Origin: Octopus sinensis
Lineage: Eukaryota
Direction of reading: 5' to 3'
DNA length: 64,000 nucleotides
Assembly: GCF_006345805.1 (NCBI RefSeq)
Contig: NC_042998.1
Span: 28,954,001-29,018,000, forward strand
Positions within the stretch are counted from its first letter, which is position 1; the number at the start of each line of letters is the position of its first letter. This document shows, one piece after another, positions 24,476 through 37,062 of the stretch. A program made the translations under genes and the position numbers. Under the pieces are notes generated by a model. The model was not told the DNA's origin. It searched no databases and worked only from the letters and a program-made list of their open reading frames with translations.

Positions 24476-25168
24476 GTACATACATACATATATGTATATG
24501 TTATATATATTCATGTGCATATTCAGAATACATATTCATGTCTGTCTGTGTGTCTTTTTTCATTTTATTCTGGGCTACATGAAATGGTTAATTAGTCATT
24601 TTTATTATGCTTCCTGTAAAGAATTTCACTCTATTGTGGCACATCACAATACTTTATTTCATGAACATTTCCATCAATACTGATTATTATTATTCATTTT
24701 TAGAAATGAGAGAAACAAGTTATGCAAGTTTCCTCGAAATCAATATCACAGAAATCTATATTATCTTCTGTGTAGGCTTTCATTCACCATTCGACTGAGA
24801 ATATCTCAGGATAATAACGACTTCCTTTGACTGGTCGCAAGGCTTTCCTTTTTAAAAGCGACGGCATACTGTGACTGATTGATTCTAGTATATTTCTCAG
24901 TCTCAATCAACTCCAGTCCGTTGCATTGATGGAGCCGTGTGTGATGAAAGATGAAATCGACTTCAGTGAAATTCTGAACTTAGAAAAAAAACAAAACATG
25001 TGGAACATTTAATCAAATATCTTAAAGCACTCTGTTCACCCCCATTAAATTCTTTACCAACATGAATATAATGTCCCAGGGAAATGATTATGGGATAAGT
25101 AAAACTATGACTCTTTCAGAACCTCTGAAGCATTGTGTATGGTACTTATATATATATATATATATTTA

Positions 25169-25347
25169 TAGGCGTAGGAGTGGCTGTGTGGTAAGTAGCT
25201 TGCTTACGAACCACATGGTTCCAGGTTCAGTCCCACTGTGTGGCACCTTGAGCAAGTGTCTTCTACTATAGCCTCGGACCGACCAAAGCCTTGTGAGTGG
25301 ATTTGGTAGATGGAAACTGAAAGAAGCCCATCATATATATGTGTGTG

Positions 25348-25391
<44 letters not shown>

Positions 25392-25590
25392 AGTGATGTT
25401 GTCCCTCCAACATCGCTTGACAACCAATGCTGGTGTATTTACGTGCCTGTAACTTAGCGCTTTGGCAAAAGAGACCAATAAAATAAGTACTAGGCTTACA
25501 AAGAATAAGTCCTGGGGTCATTTTGCTTGACTAAAGGCAGTGCTCCAGCATGGCCACAGTCAAATGCCTGAAACAAGAAGTAAGAGTATA
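25169..25590 (+). mobile_element. SINE S1 full copy
   Basis: GGCGTAGGAGTGGCTGTGTGGTAAG head; both modules present. Confidence 0.88.
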
Positions 25591-26274
25591 TATATATATA
25601 CACACAAACATGCACACATGTGCACATACAAACACGCACGTCATTGTTGATCTCTTTGGACAATACGAGGTTTTACATATTGCGAGTAGTGTGAATTGAA
25701 TTAAGTCCCATGTGTTTCTGGTAGTCATTTTATCAACTTGTAATCATAATAGGCAATTTTTGCATTTGTTTGAATTCATACTAATAGTATGTGTTATATT
25801 TTATATTGCAATTGGTGGACAACCATATTGTTGGCACCATGTTCCAATAAGACCAATCTCTGATTGATTTGCATTTCTGGTGGCAGGAATGACAAGAGAA
25901 TTCTTTGTAACCCAATATAGAACAAATGTGGCAAAGGACTTCACTTGGAAAATACTGACTTTTAATGTTATTTTACATCCTTCATTGATATACATTAGTA
26001 AAGGATACACACATACACACGGAGCAGGGTCCTGCACAAATTCTGGTTTTCAAATTTCAGTTGTGTGGTTAACCCCATGATATTTTAAAAGACATTTTTG
26101 TCTAAGTGGTGTTGTGAGATCAAAAGTGAAACCACGTCTTTGAAAAGCAAGTTCCTTAACTACTTCACTGTGTCTTCACCCAAACTAAACTAGATCCATT
26201 AAGGCAGCAGTTTTGGGACATTTCGATGTCCACAACACACTGGACAAGGGACTGAAAATGCTATGGTGTATTCT

Positions 26275-26490
26275 TTTCTACTCTAGGCACAAGGCCAGAA
26301 ATTTTGGGGGGGAGGGAATCAGTCGATTAGATCGACCCCAGTACGCAACTGGTACATAATTTATCGACCCCGAAAGGATGAAGGGCAATGTCGACTTCAG
26401 TGGAATTTGAACTCAGAACATAAAGACAGACGAAATCCCACTAAGCATTTCGTCCAGTGTGCTAACATTTGTACCAGCTCACCGTCTAAC
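26275..26490 (-). mobile_element. SINE S2 copy
   Basis: Reverse complement of S2. Confidence 0.82.
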
Positions 26491-26964
26491 GAAAATGTTA
26501 TTGTATATTATCAGCTTTTTCAAATTTTTATTGCATAAAAAAGGCCTATTGAAACTGTTTTAGAATAGAAATTTCTCTGTTGCAAAAGAATGCACATGCA
26601 CAGATGTAATGCATAAGAATGAAAATGTTTTAGCTTCCTCAATATTCTGGCTTTTTCTGATTCACCTCAGAATCCATGGCATTCCAGTGGACCATATTCG
26701 GCACACAAGAATGTCAAGAACATTGACAGTAAATGTCTACTCTGAGAAATTCAGTGTGTTACTCTATTATTTCTTACTAATTAGTTGCTCTCACATCACA
26801 CACACACAAACACACACACACAGACATGTATAACATGTATTATATAACTGATAAATTTTTATTAACAAAATGTGCATGAGATGATGTAACTAAAATATTT
26901 CATAAACAAACTTTCCTGTTTTGTTTTGTTATATATGTATTGTTGTATCATGTAAAAAAAAAAC

Positions 26965-27190
26965 AGCTGATCGTGGCTGCTGCCAGCCTTCCCTGGCACC
27001 TGTGCCAGTGGCATGTAAAAAGCACCCACTACACTTACAGAGTGGCTGGCATTAGGAAGGGCATCCAGCTGTAGAAACACTGCCTGATCAGACTGGAGCC
27101 TGGTGCAGCCTTCTGGCTTCCCTGACCCCGGTTGAACCATCCAACCCATGCTAGCACGGAAAATGGACGTTAAACGATGATGATGATGTT
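26965..27190 (+). mobile_element. Family S3 copy
   Basis: Core and GAT tail. Confidence 0.85.
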
Positions 27191-28075
27191 GTTAAATATG
27201 TATTTGCTTTCACTAGTTGTGAAACCAATTTTGTTAGGGTAGTTCTACGTCATTGACTAGATTTGCCTCATTACAACACTGATTCCTTACCAACCCCAGA
27301 AGGATCAAAAGCAAAAATTGATTCCCCACAGGGTTTGAACTCAGTGATATGAAACAAAATATAACTTTCTTCTGTATTTAACAACTTACAGCCTTCTTTT
27401 ATATGTTTAAAAGAAAACAGGAAAATAACTTTTTTTCCAACATCCAAAGTGTTTGTCTTTCTTCTGGTTTATATAAAAGAAAGTGAGACAAGATTCCATT
27501 CTGTGAGATGGCTTTCCTCTAAAAACAGAAAACAAAACTAAAAGCTAATGAGTAAATCGTCTTCTATTTCTTTTCGCTGTCTAAAACATCTGTAAGAAAG
27601 CCGTAGTAACTTTAACAGGTTAAACACAATGCGAGAGTATTAATTATGAATTTGATGTTGTTGAGTTTGTTATTCAATATTTCAGCCTTTGGAGAATTGA
27701 TTTCAATTTCCAGAAAAGGATTACTTTCTTCCAACTACTAAATTACTTTGCACCTGCTTCTCTTCATTCGTTGAGGGAGTCTTTAGTCTTCTGAATAGAG
27801 AATGTCTTGGAAGCACTCTGTCTTTGTTGCTGCAAATGAATAAAGCTATACAAAGCATTTGCATTTTGTCACATTTTTAAGATGAATAATACAAAAAGAA
27901 AAATATATAATATTTATTCATTCTGAATAATATATCTTTATTAGGTTGACGCATTTTCTTCAACCACTCACAACCACTGACACTAAGACACAGACATACA
28001 ACCATGCGTATACATCCACAGCCTGTAGCATATACACTTGCACGTAAACTCATGCATATACTAACACTAAATACA

Positions 28076-28474
28076 CAGGCGCAGGAGTGGCCGTGTGGTA
28101 AGTAGCTTGCTTACCAACCACATGGTTCCGGGTTCAGTCCCACTGCGTGACATCTTGGGCAAGTGTCTTCTGCTATAGCCTCGGGCCGACCAAAGCCTTG
28201 TGAGTGGATTTGGTAGACGGAAGCTGAAAGAAGCCCATCGTATATATGTATATATATATATATATATGTGTGTGTATGTTTGTGTGTCTGTGTTTGTCCC
28301 CCTAGCATTGCTTGACAACCAATACTGGTGTGTTTACGTTGCAGTCACTTAGCGGTTCGGCAAAAGCAACCAATAGAATAAGTACTGGGCTTACAAAGAA
28401 TAAGTCCCGGGGTCGAGTCGCTCGATTAAAGGCGGTGCTCCAGCATGGCCGCAGTCAAATGACTGGATGGATGG

Positions 28475-28505
<31 letters not shown>

Positions 28506-28710
28506 CAAGCTGGCAGAATCGTTAGTGCACTGGATGAAAAATACTTAGTGGTATTTCGCCTGTTGCTGTTCTGAGTTCAGTTTCCACTGAGGTTAACTTT
28601 GCCTTTCATCCTTTCAAGGTCGATGAATTAAGTACCAGTGAAATACAGGGTCGATATAATCAACTCGTCTCCACCCAACAAATTTGAAGCTTTGTACCTC
28701 CATTAGAAAG
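28076..28710 (+). mobile_element. Young SINE S1 (28076-28465) followed by SINE S2 (28500-28710)
   Basis: CpG-retaining S1 copy; (GGCA)n linker; S2 central domain. Confidence 0.85.
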
Positions 28711-29502
28711 GATATATATATATATATGTGTGTGTGTGTATCTATATATACACATATGCGTGTGTATGTATGAATATTTATACACATATATATGTGTGTG
28801 TGTGTATGTTTGTATGTCTATATATCTATGTGTGTGTGTGTGTCTTTATGTCTGTGTTTGTCCCCCATCACCATCTGACAACCGGTGTTGGTGTGTTTAC
28901 ATCCCTGTAACTTGGCAGTTCAGTAGAAAGAGCCTAATAGAATATAAATACCAGGCTAAAAAAAAAAAATTTTTTTAAATGAAGTTCCGGGCATGATTTT
29001 TTTTATTAAACCCCTTTAAAGCATTGCCCCAGCATGGCCACAGTCAACTGACTGAAACAAGTAAAAGATAAAAATACAAGAAAACATAACAACATTTCCC
29101 TTCATTGCTCTTAACTATGTATAGCTGCAATGCCTCAAAACACACACCATAAACATATTGTTCAAGAGTCCCCTACTCATCAGCTTTTTCTATTTCATCT
29201 CATTTTTGTATTTTTGTTCGCAGTCAATAACCCTAGTCTAATTTGATGTGCTTCAGTGAAGATATTATAGAAAAAGAAAAAAAAAAAACAAATGCATGCA
29301 ACAAATGTTAAAGTTTGGGTTATTGTAAAATTATATCATCAGCTGCAGGTTTGGACATGTTGTTTAGGAGTTTGCTTCACAACCATGTGGTGTTGGGTTC
29401 AAATTCACTTTATTGTAGCTTCGAGAAGTATTTTCAGCTATTTACCTTAGGCTGACCAATGCAGGTGTGAGTGAAAGGAATAAAATTCATAGATTGACTT
29501 AT

Positions 29503-29960
29503 GATCATCATCATCATCATCATCATTTAACGTCCGCTTTCCATGCTAGCATGGGTTGGACGGTTCAACTGGGGTCTGGGGAGCCAGTAGCTGCACCAGG
29601 CCAGTCAGATCTGGCAGTGTTTCTACAGCTGGATGCCCTTCCAACGCCACCCCACCCGAGAGTGTAGTGGGTGATTTATGTGCCACCGACACAGGTGCCA
29701 GACGAGTCTGGGAACGGCCACGCTCGATGGTGTTTTTATGTGCCACGACACAGGTGCCAGACGAGGCTGGCAGACGGCCACGCTCAGATGGTGTTTTTAT
29801 GTGCCAACGACACAGGTGCCAGACGAGGCTGGCAGACGGCCACGTCAGAGGTGTTTTTATGTGCCACCGACACAGGTGCCAGATGAGGCTGGCGAACGGC
29901 CACGATCGGATGGTGTTTGTTACGTGCCCACAGCACGAAGGCCAGTCGATGCGGTACTGA
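29503..29960 (-). mobile_element. Family S3 copy with about 5 tandem ~60-bp units
   Basis: Repeated GGTGTTTTTATGTGCCACCGACACAGGTGCCAGACGAGGCTGGC. Confidence 0.88.
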
Positions 29961-29974
29961 TATATATATATATG

Positions 29975-30008
<34 letters not shown>

Positions 30009-30167
30009 TGTATGTATGTATGCATGCATGCATTCATTTAGAAAAAGAATTTATTGGGTTGGTGTATAATTATTGTGGCTTGTTTCAACAAATTTTATTC
30101 AACAAAAACAACAACATGTAACAAAAATATCTGTAAATGATTATTCCGGGGCATATTCACCATCAAT

Positions 30168-30342
30168 TTTAAATATAACAAAGAATTTAGTAAAATAACT
30201 TAGTTATCATTCAGCTAGTGTTAGGAACATAAATTGTGACTAAGGTTTGGTGGAAGATTTTAATTCAAAGCTTATGAAAACAAGACATTTGTACTCAGAG
30301 CCAGAGCTGGTTTCAGCTGGGTTGATAATGAAAGAGTTAAGA
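30168..30342 (+). mobile_element. MITE M1 partial copy
   Basis: Homology to 58816-59045. Confidence 0.75.
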
Positions 30343-30544
30343 GGCAATGGTGATATGAATTTCAATAAGACATTTTCTGTTAGACCCAGCTGAAAATGTC
30401 ATCTTTATTCAATGTGTCCATTCTGAATTAGGTGCATTTATTATATTTCTCCCTAGCATGTAATTGCAGCTGGTGTTGATATCACGTTGCAAATAAACTA
30501 AAATTATTTTATCATTTTCTACCTTGTCTTATTTTCCTTATATC

Positions 30545-31335
30545 ATTGTCATCGTCATCTTTTAACATCCACTTTTCATGCTGGCTTTGGTTGGACGGTT
30601 TGACTGAGGACTGGCGAGCCAGAAGGCTGCACCAGGCTCCAATCTGATCTGGCAAAGTTTCTACGGCTGGATGCCCTTCCTAGCGCCAACCACACCGAGA
30701 GTGTAGTGGATGCTTTCATGTGTCACTGGCATGAGAGCCAGTCAGGCAGTACTGGCAACGACCACGCTCAAATGGTATTTTTTACGTGCCACCTGCACAG
30801 GAGCCAGTCCGACAGCACTGGCAACGACCACACTTGAATGTTTTTCATGTGCCACTGGCACAAGTGCCAGTAAGGCGACACTGACAATGATCACACTGAA
30901 ATGGTGCTTTTTATGTGCCACCGGCATGGGTGCCAGTCAGCAGCCCTGGCAACGATCACACTTAGATGGTGCTTTTAACATTCCACTGAAATGAGTGCCA
31001 ATCAGGGAGTACTGTCATCGGCCACATCAGTGATTTTGATTTGTTTACACTTGACTCAATATGTCTTCACAAGCAAAGTTCATTGTCCAATCAATGAGGG
31101 GTACTCATAAGTGGGCCAGTTACACTTCACATTCAGATGTCCTTTAAACGTTCCACTGGCATGAGTGCCAATCAGGCAGTACTGTCATCAGCCTTGTCAG
31201 CATTTTTAATTTTGATTTCACTTGCCTCAATAGGTCTTCACAAGCAAGGTTTATTGTCCAATGAATGAGGGGTATTCATAAATGAGCTGGTTACACCCAC
31301 TAGCATAGGCCATGGGCTATGGTCTCATTTGGCTT
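30545..31335 (-). mobile_element. Long family S3 copy with about 5 tandem units and extra upstream modules
   Basis: Reverse complement of 47832-48445. Confidence 0.82.
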
Positions 31336-31407
31336 GTCGGGTATTATATATATATATATATATAGTAAATCCCTAAAAAGGACACTCACAAAAGAACAAT
31401 GCAAGGA

Positions 31408-31670
31408 TGTGCCCGTGCCGGTGGCACGTAAAAAGCATCATCCGATTGTGGCCCTTTGCCAGCCTCGTCTGGCACCTGTGCAGGTGGCACGTAAAAAGCA
31501 CCCACTACACTCATGGAGTGGTTGGCGTTAGGAAGGGCATCCAGCTGTAGAAACACTGCCAGATCAGACTGGGCCTGGTGCAGCCTACTGGCTTCCCAGA
31601 CCCCAGTTGAACTGTCCAACCCATGCTAGCATGGAAAACGGACGTTAAACGATGATGATGATGATGATGA
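31408..31670 (+). mobile_element. Family S3 copy
   Basis: Core and GAT tail. Confidence 0.88.
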
Positions 31671-31671
31671 T

Positions 31672-31860
31672 TGTATTACCAGACACTCAAGGAAGGAAAG
31701 AAAGGTGGTTTAAAGTTTTGAGCAATGCTCTTCTTCAGAAACAGAGGAAAGTCCAATAGAAAGAAAGACAGAGGAAGAAAACCTCCAACGATGCTCACAA
31801 AGATGTATGTGTGTGTGAAATCTTCTACTGATATACATCTGTGAAGGATATAAATCTTTG
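31672..31860 (-). mobile_element. PLE-type pLTR fragment (B-like) with degenerate hammerhead at 31708-31742
   Basis: Minus: GTTT-CTGAAGA-A-GAGC-ATT-GCTC-AAAAC-TTT-AAAC. Confidence 0.5.
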
Positions 31861-33204
31861 GCAAAAAAAAGAAAGAAATAGAATTGACAAACAAAAAAAA
31901 GAAACTGCCAATAAACTGGAAACCTAAAAATCCAGTGATCGTTTGTTATTACTCTTGTTGTCAGAGAAGCAGTCAACTTGTGATTGGTCTGTTTGGAACC
32001 TTCAATCAGTAATACTATTCTTCACAAACTACAATAATAAAATAGAATATAAAAAAGAAATCACAAGTCTTGGACACAAAATATGGTTAGTTTAGATTTG
32101 ATAAATAAAAATATCAAAGAGATAAACAAAAAAAATAGGTTAACATATAGTCAGGCTCATGTAAAATGGAATGAAGAAATTTGTCGGGGGTTTAAATCAA
32201 AGAATTGACCGATGATTGTATTTTGGAAAGACATGACATTTCTCATACGTTTGAACTACAGGAATGTAATTTAGTTCTCTGTATAAAACTGTCATTATTC
32301 TTCTTATAATCTCAAAGAGAAATAACTTGACTTGCTTTTCACTGAGAATTGCTCTAAATTGTATTTAAAGCCAGATGTTATTAACTCCATGTGTATTTAG
32401 AGACTCTTGATGGAAAGAAAATTCTGCTGGTCCAATCAATAACACAAAACAGATGATAAAAAAGAAGAAAAATAAAAGCTATTTTCTTTTAACAGAAATT
32501 GAAAAAAAAGGAAATTGATCTAGATACTGTTTTCATTTATTTTACTTCATGGATGTGAGAGTGTATTTGTGTATAAAATGTGTGTATATATATATGTATG
32601 TGTTTATGAATATATGTTAGAAAATAAAATAGGTTGAACACTTGCAGGAGGTAGATATGGTACGGATAGAATTTGTTATCAATAGAAATAGAGTAACACA
32701 GTTACTTATCTGAGTATCTGAATGGAAATGGGTAATGTCTGAAGGGTGTAGAATTGAATGCTAAACACACACGCACACACACACACACATATACTTCACA
32801 CAGAGGTACATCTATATAAGTATAGACACATTTAACGAACATGTATGTATGAAAATATATATGAAAGTTCATATAATAAAACAGAATCTTAGGAGACTGG
32901 TTGTGGTCTGTATTAGTAAGACTTTTATCATTTAGAAAATGTGATAGAAAAAGTAAAATAATATTGCCAGGGCTGTTGAGTTTCCACTGTGTCAGACAAA
33001 ATGGAATTTTCTCTGAAATATTTTAGGATTCCTAAACAATTTATGTAAGGAAATATACATTATTTCTGTTTTCATAACCTTATATAACCTTACATGTTTT
33101 GTCTAACTTTCTGCCTAAATTGCCCAAAGGCTTTTGCTAACATTTATCTTATTCACACATATAATGCTTCAAGCAAGTTACAATACTTAATACTCTGTTT
33201 TATG

Positions 33205-33415
33205 AACGTAATATTTGCCATGATAGATCGCTAGCCACTAGACCTTTTTCTATTTTCTCTCCCTTTTTATTTTTGTGTTCCTTTCTGTTGAAGAGCCTAG
33301 GCTCAAAACGTAAAAGATTTTCTTACTTCCCAAGCATTAAACTAATACATCTGTTTGTTGTTTACACACCCATCTTCGTCTTTTGTTTTCTGTAAATTCT
33401 TACTATATATATATA
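33205..33415 (+). mobile_element. PLE-type pLTR fragment, family B, with variant hammerhead-like motif at 33281-33316
   Basis: CTTT-CTGTTGA-A-GAGC-CTAG-GCTC-AAAAC-GTA-AAAG; second copy on the minus strand at 40655-40830. Confidence 0.6.
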
Positions 33416-33439
33416 AATATATATATGTATGTATGTATA

Positions 33440-33800
33440 TATAATTATTAAGGAGACAAACAAACATTAAGGCAAGGCAAACCTCTCAAGTTGTATACAT
33501 TATTATTAATGGAAAGAATTCAAAGTCTTACAGTTGTTTCTGGGATATCCCCGAGTATGGGATATTCCATCATCAGAGACAAATAGGGAAAATGAGAATG
33601 GTTTATATTAATGAGATAATGACATAGAGGAAGGGAGTAAAAGAATAAGGAGATGCAGAGAAAGAAGAAAAAAGAAGCATAAAAGTTCATAGTTCAACTT
33701 TCTGAAGTTGTAGAAACAAGGGCATAAGTCCTTAGGTGCAATCCTGTGACTTGGGATGTTTGCCTTGCCTTAATGTTTTGTTGTCCTCTTTAACGATTAT
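33440..33800 (-). mobile_element. PLE-type element, family D, with terminal inverted segments
   Basis: AACATTAAGGCAAGGCAAAC (~33461) is inverted at ~33758-33778; contains the hammerhead at 33525-33580. Confidence 0.6.
33525..33580 (-). ncRNA. Type I hammerhead ribozyme with intact CUGAUGA/GAAA/GUA core
   Basis: Minus: stem I GUCU/AGAC; CUGAUGA; 11-bp stem II (10/11) UGGAAUAUCCC/GGGAUAUCCCA; GAAAC-AACU-GUA with near-palindromic ACAACUGU. Confidence 0.7.
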
Positions 33801-33980
33801 ATATCTGCTGCATCGGAAATCTGCAATGGCTCGGCTACGAACTTGGAGACCTAGTAATCTGTTACAGCATTTACCTAGCATTACACTTCACCTGGATATT
33901 TACCACTTCAGAGTTTTTGCTCACTGTGAAACATATGTAGCCTGGATGTTATCTTCTCCAGTTTATAACTCTTGTATATA

Positions 33981-34026
<46 letters not shown>

Positions 34027-34160
34027 CACCATTATTATCTTCAGCATCACTTTAATGTCTATGTTTCCAAGGAATACTGAAAGCAAAATAAAAAACGCTT
34101 GCATGACAATGATATTTGTTCCCAACTATGACATGATACCAAAGCAAAAAGACATGGCAA

Positions 34161-34206
<46 letters not shown>

Positions 34207-34840
34207 AAGGTGTTGGTGTGTTTACATCCCTGTAACTAGCAGTTCAACAAAAGAGGCTGATAGAATATGTGCCTGGCTTTAAAAAAAGAGACAAAAAAGT
34301 ACTGGCGTCAATTCATTCAACTAAAATTTTTCAAGGCTGTACTCCAGCATGGCCACAATCTAATGATTGAAACAACTAAAAGCCACTGTCTATTTATCTG
34401 TTTGTCTCTTCATCTGTCTGTCTGTCTGTCCATTTCACATCTATTTTTGTATGTATTTATGTCCATGATGTGTGTGTATTACATGTCAACATTTTTGGCA
34501 TCTCATTCATATCGTCCAATATCTATCACTTCTTCTCACATCCTCTTCTGCAAATTTCTTTCCATTTGGAGAATTTCCTGCCCCTTTTTCTTTTGTTTAT
34601 TCATTCAACAGTCATCCATCATTAGCTTTACTTAATCACAGCAGCCTAATCCTTTTTCTTGTACTCTACAGCAGATTCCTTTGAATACCAATTCTTTTGC
34701 AGCTCATCTGTACTCCTTCGTTTCCTTAAACATCCAGTAGAGCTTACTCACCTCTTTCCTTCCAGATTTTTATCATCCCTGATAGAGCTACCTTTCTTTC
34801 TCAGAGAAACCAAGTTCATATTGCTCCAAGTATGTCCATA

Positions 34841-35148
34841 GTGGAGGCACATGGCCTAGTGGTTAGAGCAGCAGACTTGTGGTCGAGGGATTGCGGGTTC
34901 GAATCTCAGACTGGGCGATGTATGTGTTTATGAGCGAAACACCTAAGCTCCACACAGCTCTGGCAGAGGGTAATGGCGAACTTCTGCTGACTCTTTCACC
35001 ACAACTTTCTCTCACTCTTACCTCCTGCATCTTGCAGCTCACCTGTGACGGACCTGCGTCCCGTCCAGGTGGGGAACCTATACGCCAAGGAAACCGGGAA
35101 ACCAGCCCTTATGAGCCAGGCATGGCTCGAGAAGGAACAAAAAAAAAA
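34841..35148 (+). mobile_element. tRNA-headed composite SINE S4 (CORE-like plus V-like segments)
   Basis: TGGCCTAGTGGTTAGAGC A box, GGTTCGAATC B box, CCTGTGACGGACCTGCGTCCCGTCCAGG V-like motif, A tail. Domain names are from recall. Confidence 0.78.
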
Positions 35149-36300
35149 AATGCATGCCCATACATACCCAGTTGCTCCAATAATGAGGGATATATAGCCA
35201 ATAGTATATTTTGGGTACTAGATTTGCGAACATCTCATCAGTGATTCATAGAAGTTTTGTACCATACATTGCATCAAGCGGACTGCTAATTTCTACTAAA
35301 GCACGATATTTATTTTATTTTGTGGTTCTAAAATAACAATACAAGATTAGTTATGTTTTAACTGCTTTTAATCCTTTTTGATTCACTGGTCACAATATGT
35401 TTGTCTTAACAGGTTGTTGTATCTTTTTATTTCTTATTTTCTTCCAGATTGCTCTGGCTACCACATCATGCCTCATATGGAGTAGGTAGTATCTTGAGGA
35501 CATTTTATCACAGTTGGCAATGATGTGGCTAATATCTTCAGTTTCATTTTGCATAGACTACATTTGTTGTCAGCTGATGTGTTTTGTCTTTTGTGTAGAA
35601 GATACTTAGTGGGGAATACTCGCTTCTGAATTGCATGGACGTAGATGTTATTAACATGTCAGTAATACAAGGCAGGCTTTTAGTGTGGCTCATTTCCTCC
35701 ATGGATTTTGTTTTTTCTTTTCAAGTAAACCATGTACACCCTCCTTTGTGAACCAGTCTAGTCCATGTTTTTGTTGCTGTGTCATGTAAGATCTCTAAAT
35801 GTTCCTTGGGGAGAAATCAGTGTAAGATTTTATTCCATATTTCTTCTCAAGTTTATTTGCTGTCCTAACAAGGTTATCACTTCCATGTTTGTAAACTTTA
35901 GCAAGACAGCTACTGAGATCTTTTCTCCGCTTGAAATAATGCTTCAGTGTTACAATCCAGACGAAAATAATATTATTACAGAATTTAAGTATGTATATAT
36001 ATGTTTTTTGAAGAATTTTTATCACAATGTCATTTGTTATAAAGGCAAGCGTTATAGCACGGGAATGAATAAAGTGAAAAACAATAAATATCTTTAAAAA
36101 AAATGAGCTGGAAAGGAATGTGAAAAAAATGGTCTGTAAAATATGTGTAAGTGAATTAAAAAAAACATCTGAAAAAAATATGAAGAATGGAATGAAGAAA
36201 TTAATTGCTGTGAAACAGAATATGTATTAATAAAGTTAGGTGTAGATATTGAATGAATGTTAGATACGATAAACTACAAAATCATCCAAGTAATTCATAT

Positions 36301-36986
36301 TTAACCTTTTAGCATTCAGATTCTTCTGTAAAATGTAATACTTATTTCTTCACATTCATCCTCATCATCATCATCATTATCATCATCATTTAACAACTGT
36401 TGTTCATGCTGGTGTGGGTTGGATAGTTTGACCAGGGCTGGGAAGATGGAAGGCTGCCCCAAATTCCAGTCTGATTTGGTATGGTTTCTATGGTTGGATG
36501 TCCTTCCTAACTCCAACCACTTTACAGAGTGTACTGGGCGCTTTTACGTGCCACCGGCATGGGTGCCATTTGCATGACTCTGGTATCTGTCCTTACTGCA
36601 ATTTTACTTGTCTTGATGTGTCTCCTTCTCAAGCACAACATAATACCAAAGATCTCAGTCATTACCTTTGTGAGGCCCAACATTTGAAAGGATCTCAGCC
36701 ACTTTGCCTCTGTGAGGTCCAATGCTTGGAAAGTGGTTTTATGTGCCACCGATATGGGTGCCAGTTATGTGGAACCAGCATCAGCCCCAACTACAATTCC
36801 ACTTGGCTTGACAGGTCTTGTTTTGAATTAATCACCAACTATCTTGCAGCTTCAGAATTGCAATGATAGTTTATTTTTAGAATAACATTGTAGAGTAGGT
36901 GTGAGGGACCAGATCTGGCCAGTTAGAACATAAAGAAGGTGGAATATTTTGGCCAGATGTGGCCAGTTTTAATGCTAAAGGGTTAA
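36301..36986. mobile_element. TTAA-flanked MITE M2 with nested family S3 copy (36357-36830, minus)
   Basis: TTAACCTTTTAGCATT ... AATGCTAAAGGGTTAA inverted ends. Confidence 0.75.
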
Positions 36987-37062
36987 ATAGAAGGATTTTT
37001 TAATGGGAAACAATGCAGGTAGCAAAGTGATTATCATTTGTATTATGTATTAGTTAGACTTA

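Noticed and set aside
24930-25013. Short ORF MEPCVMKDEIDFSEILNLEKKQNMWNI as an alternative complexin start
   Set aside because: Ends in a stop, has no good donor and shows no complexin similarity.
29660-29960. CRISPR-like array (palindromic repeat plus intervening sequence)
   Set aside because: The intervening segments are near-identical rather than unique spacers, there are no cas genes, and the array is internal to a eukaryotic retroposon.
34841-34920. tRNA genes (also at 37063, 40402, 44641 and S1 heads)
   Set aside because: The A/B boxes run into SINE bodies; no complete cloverleaf with an acceptor stem.
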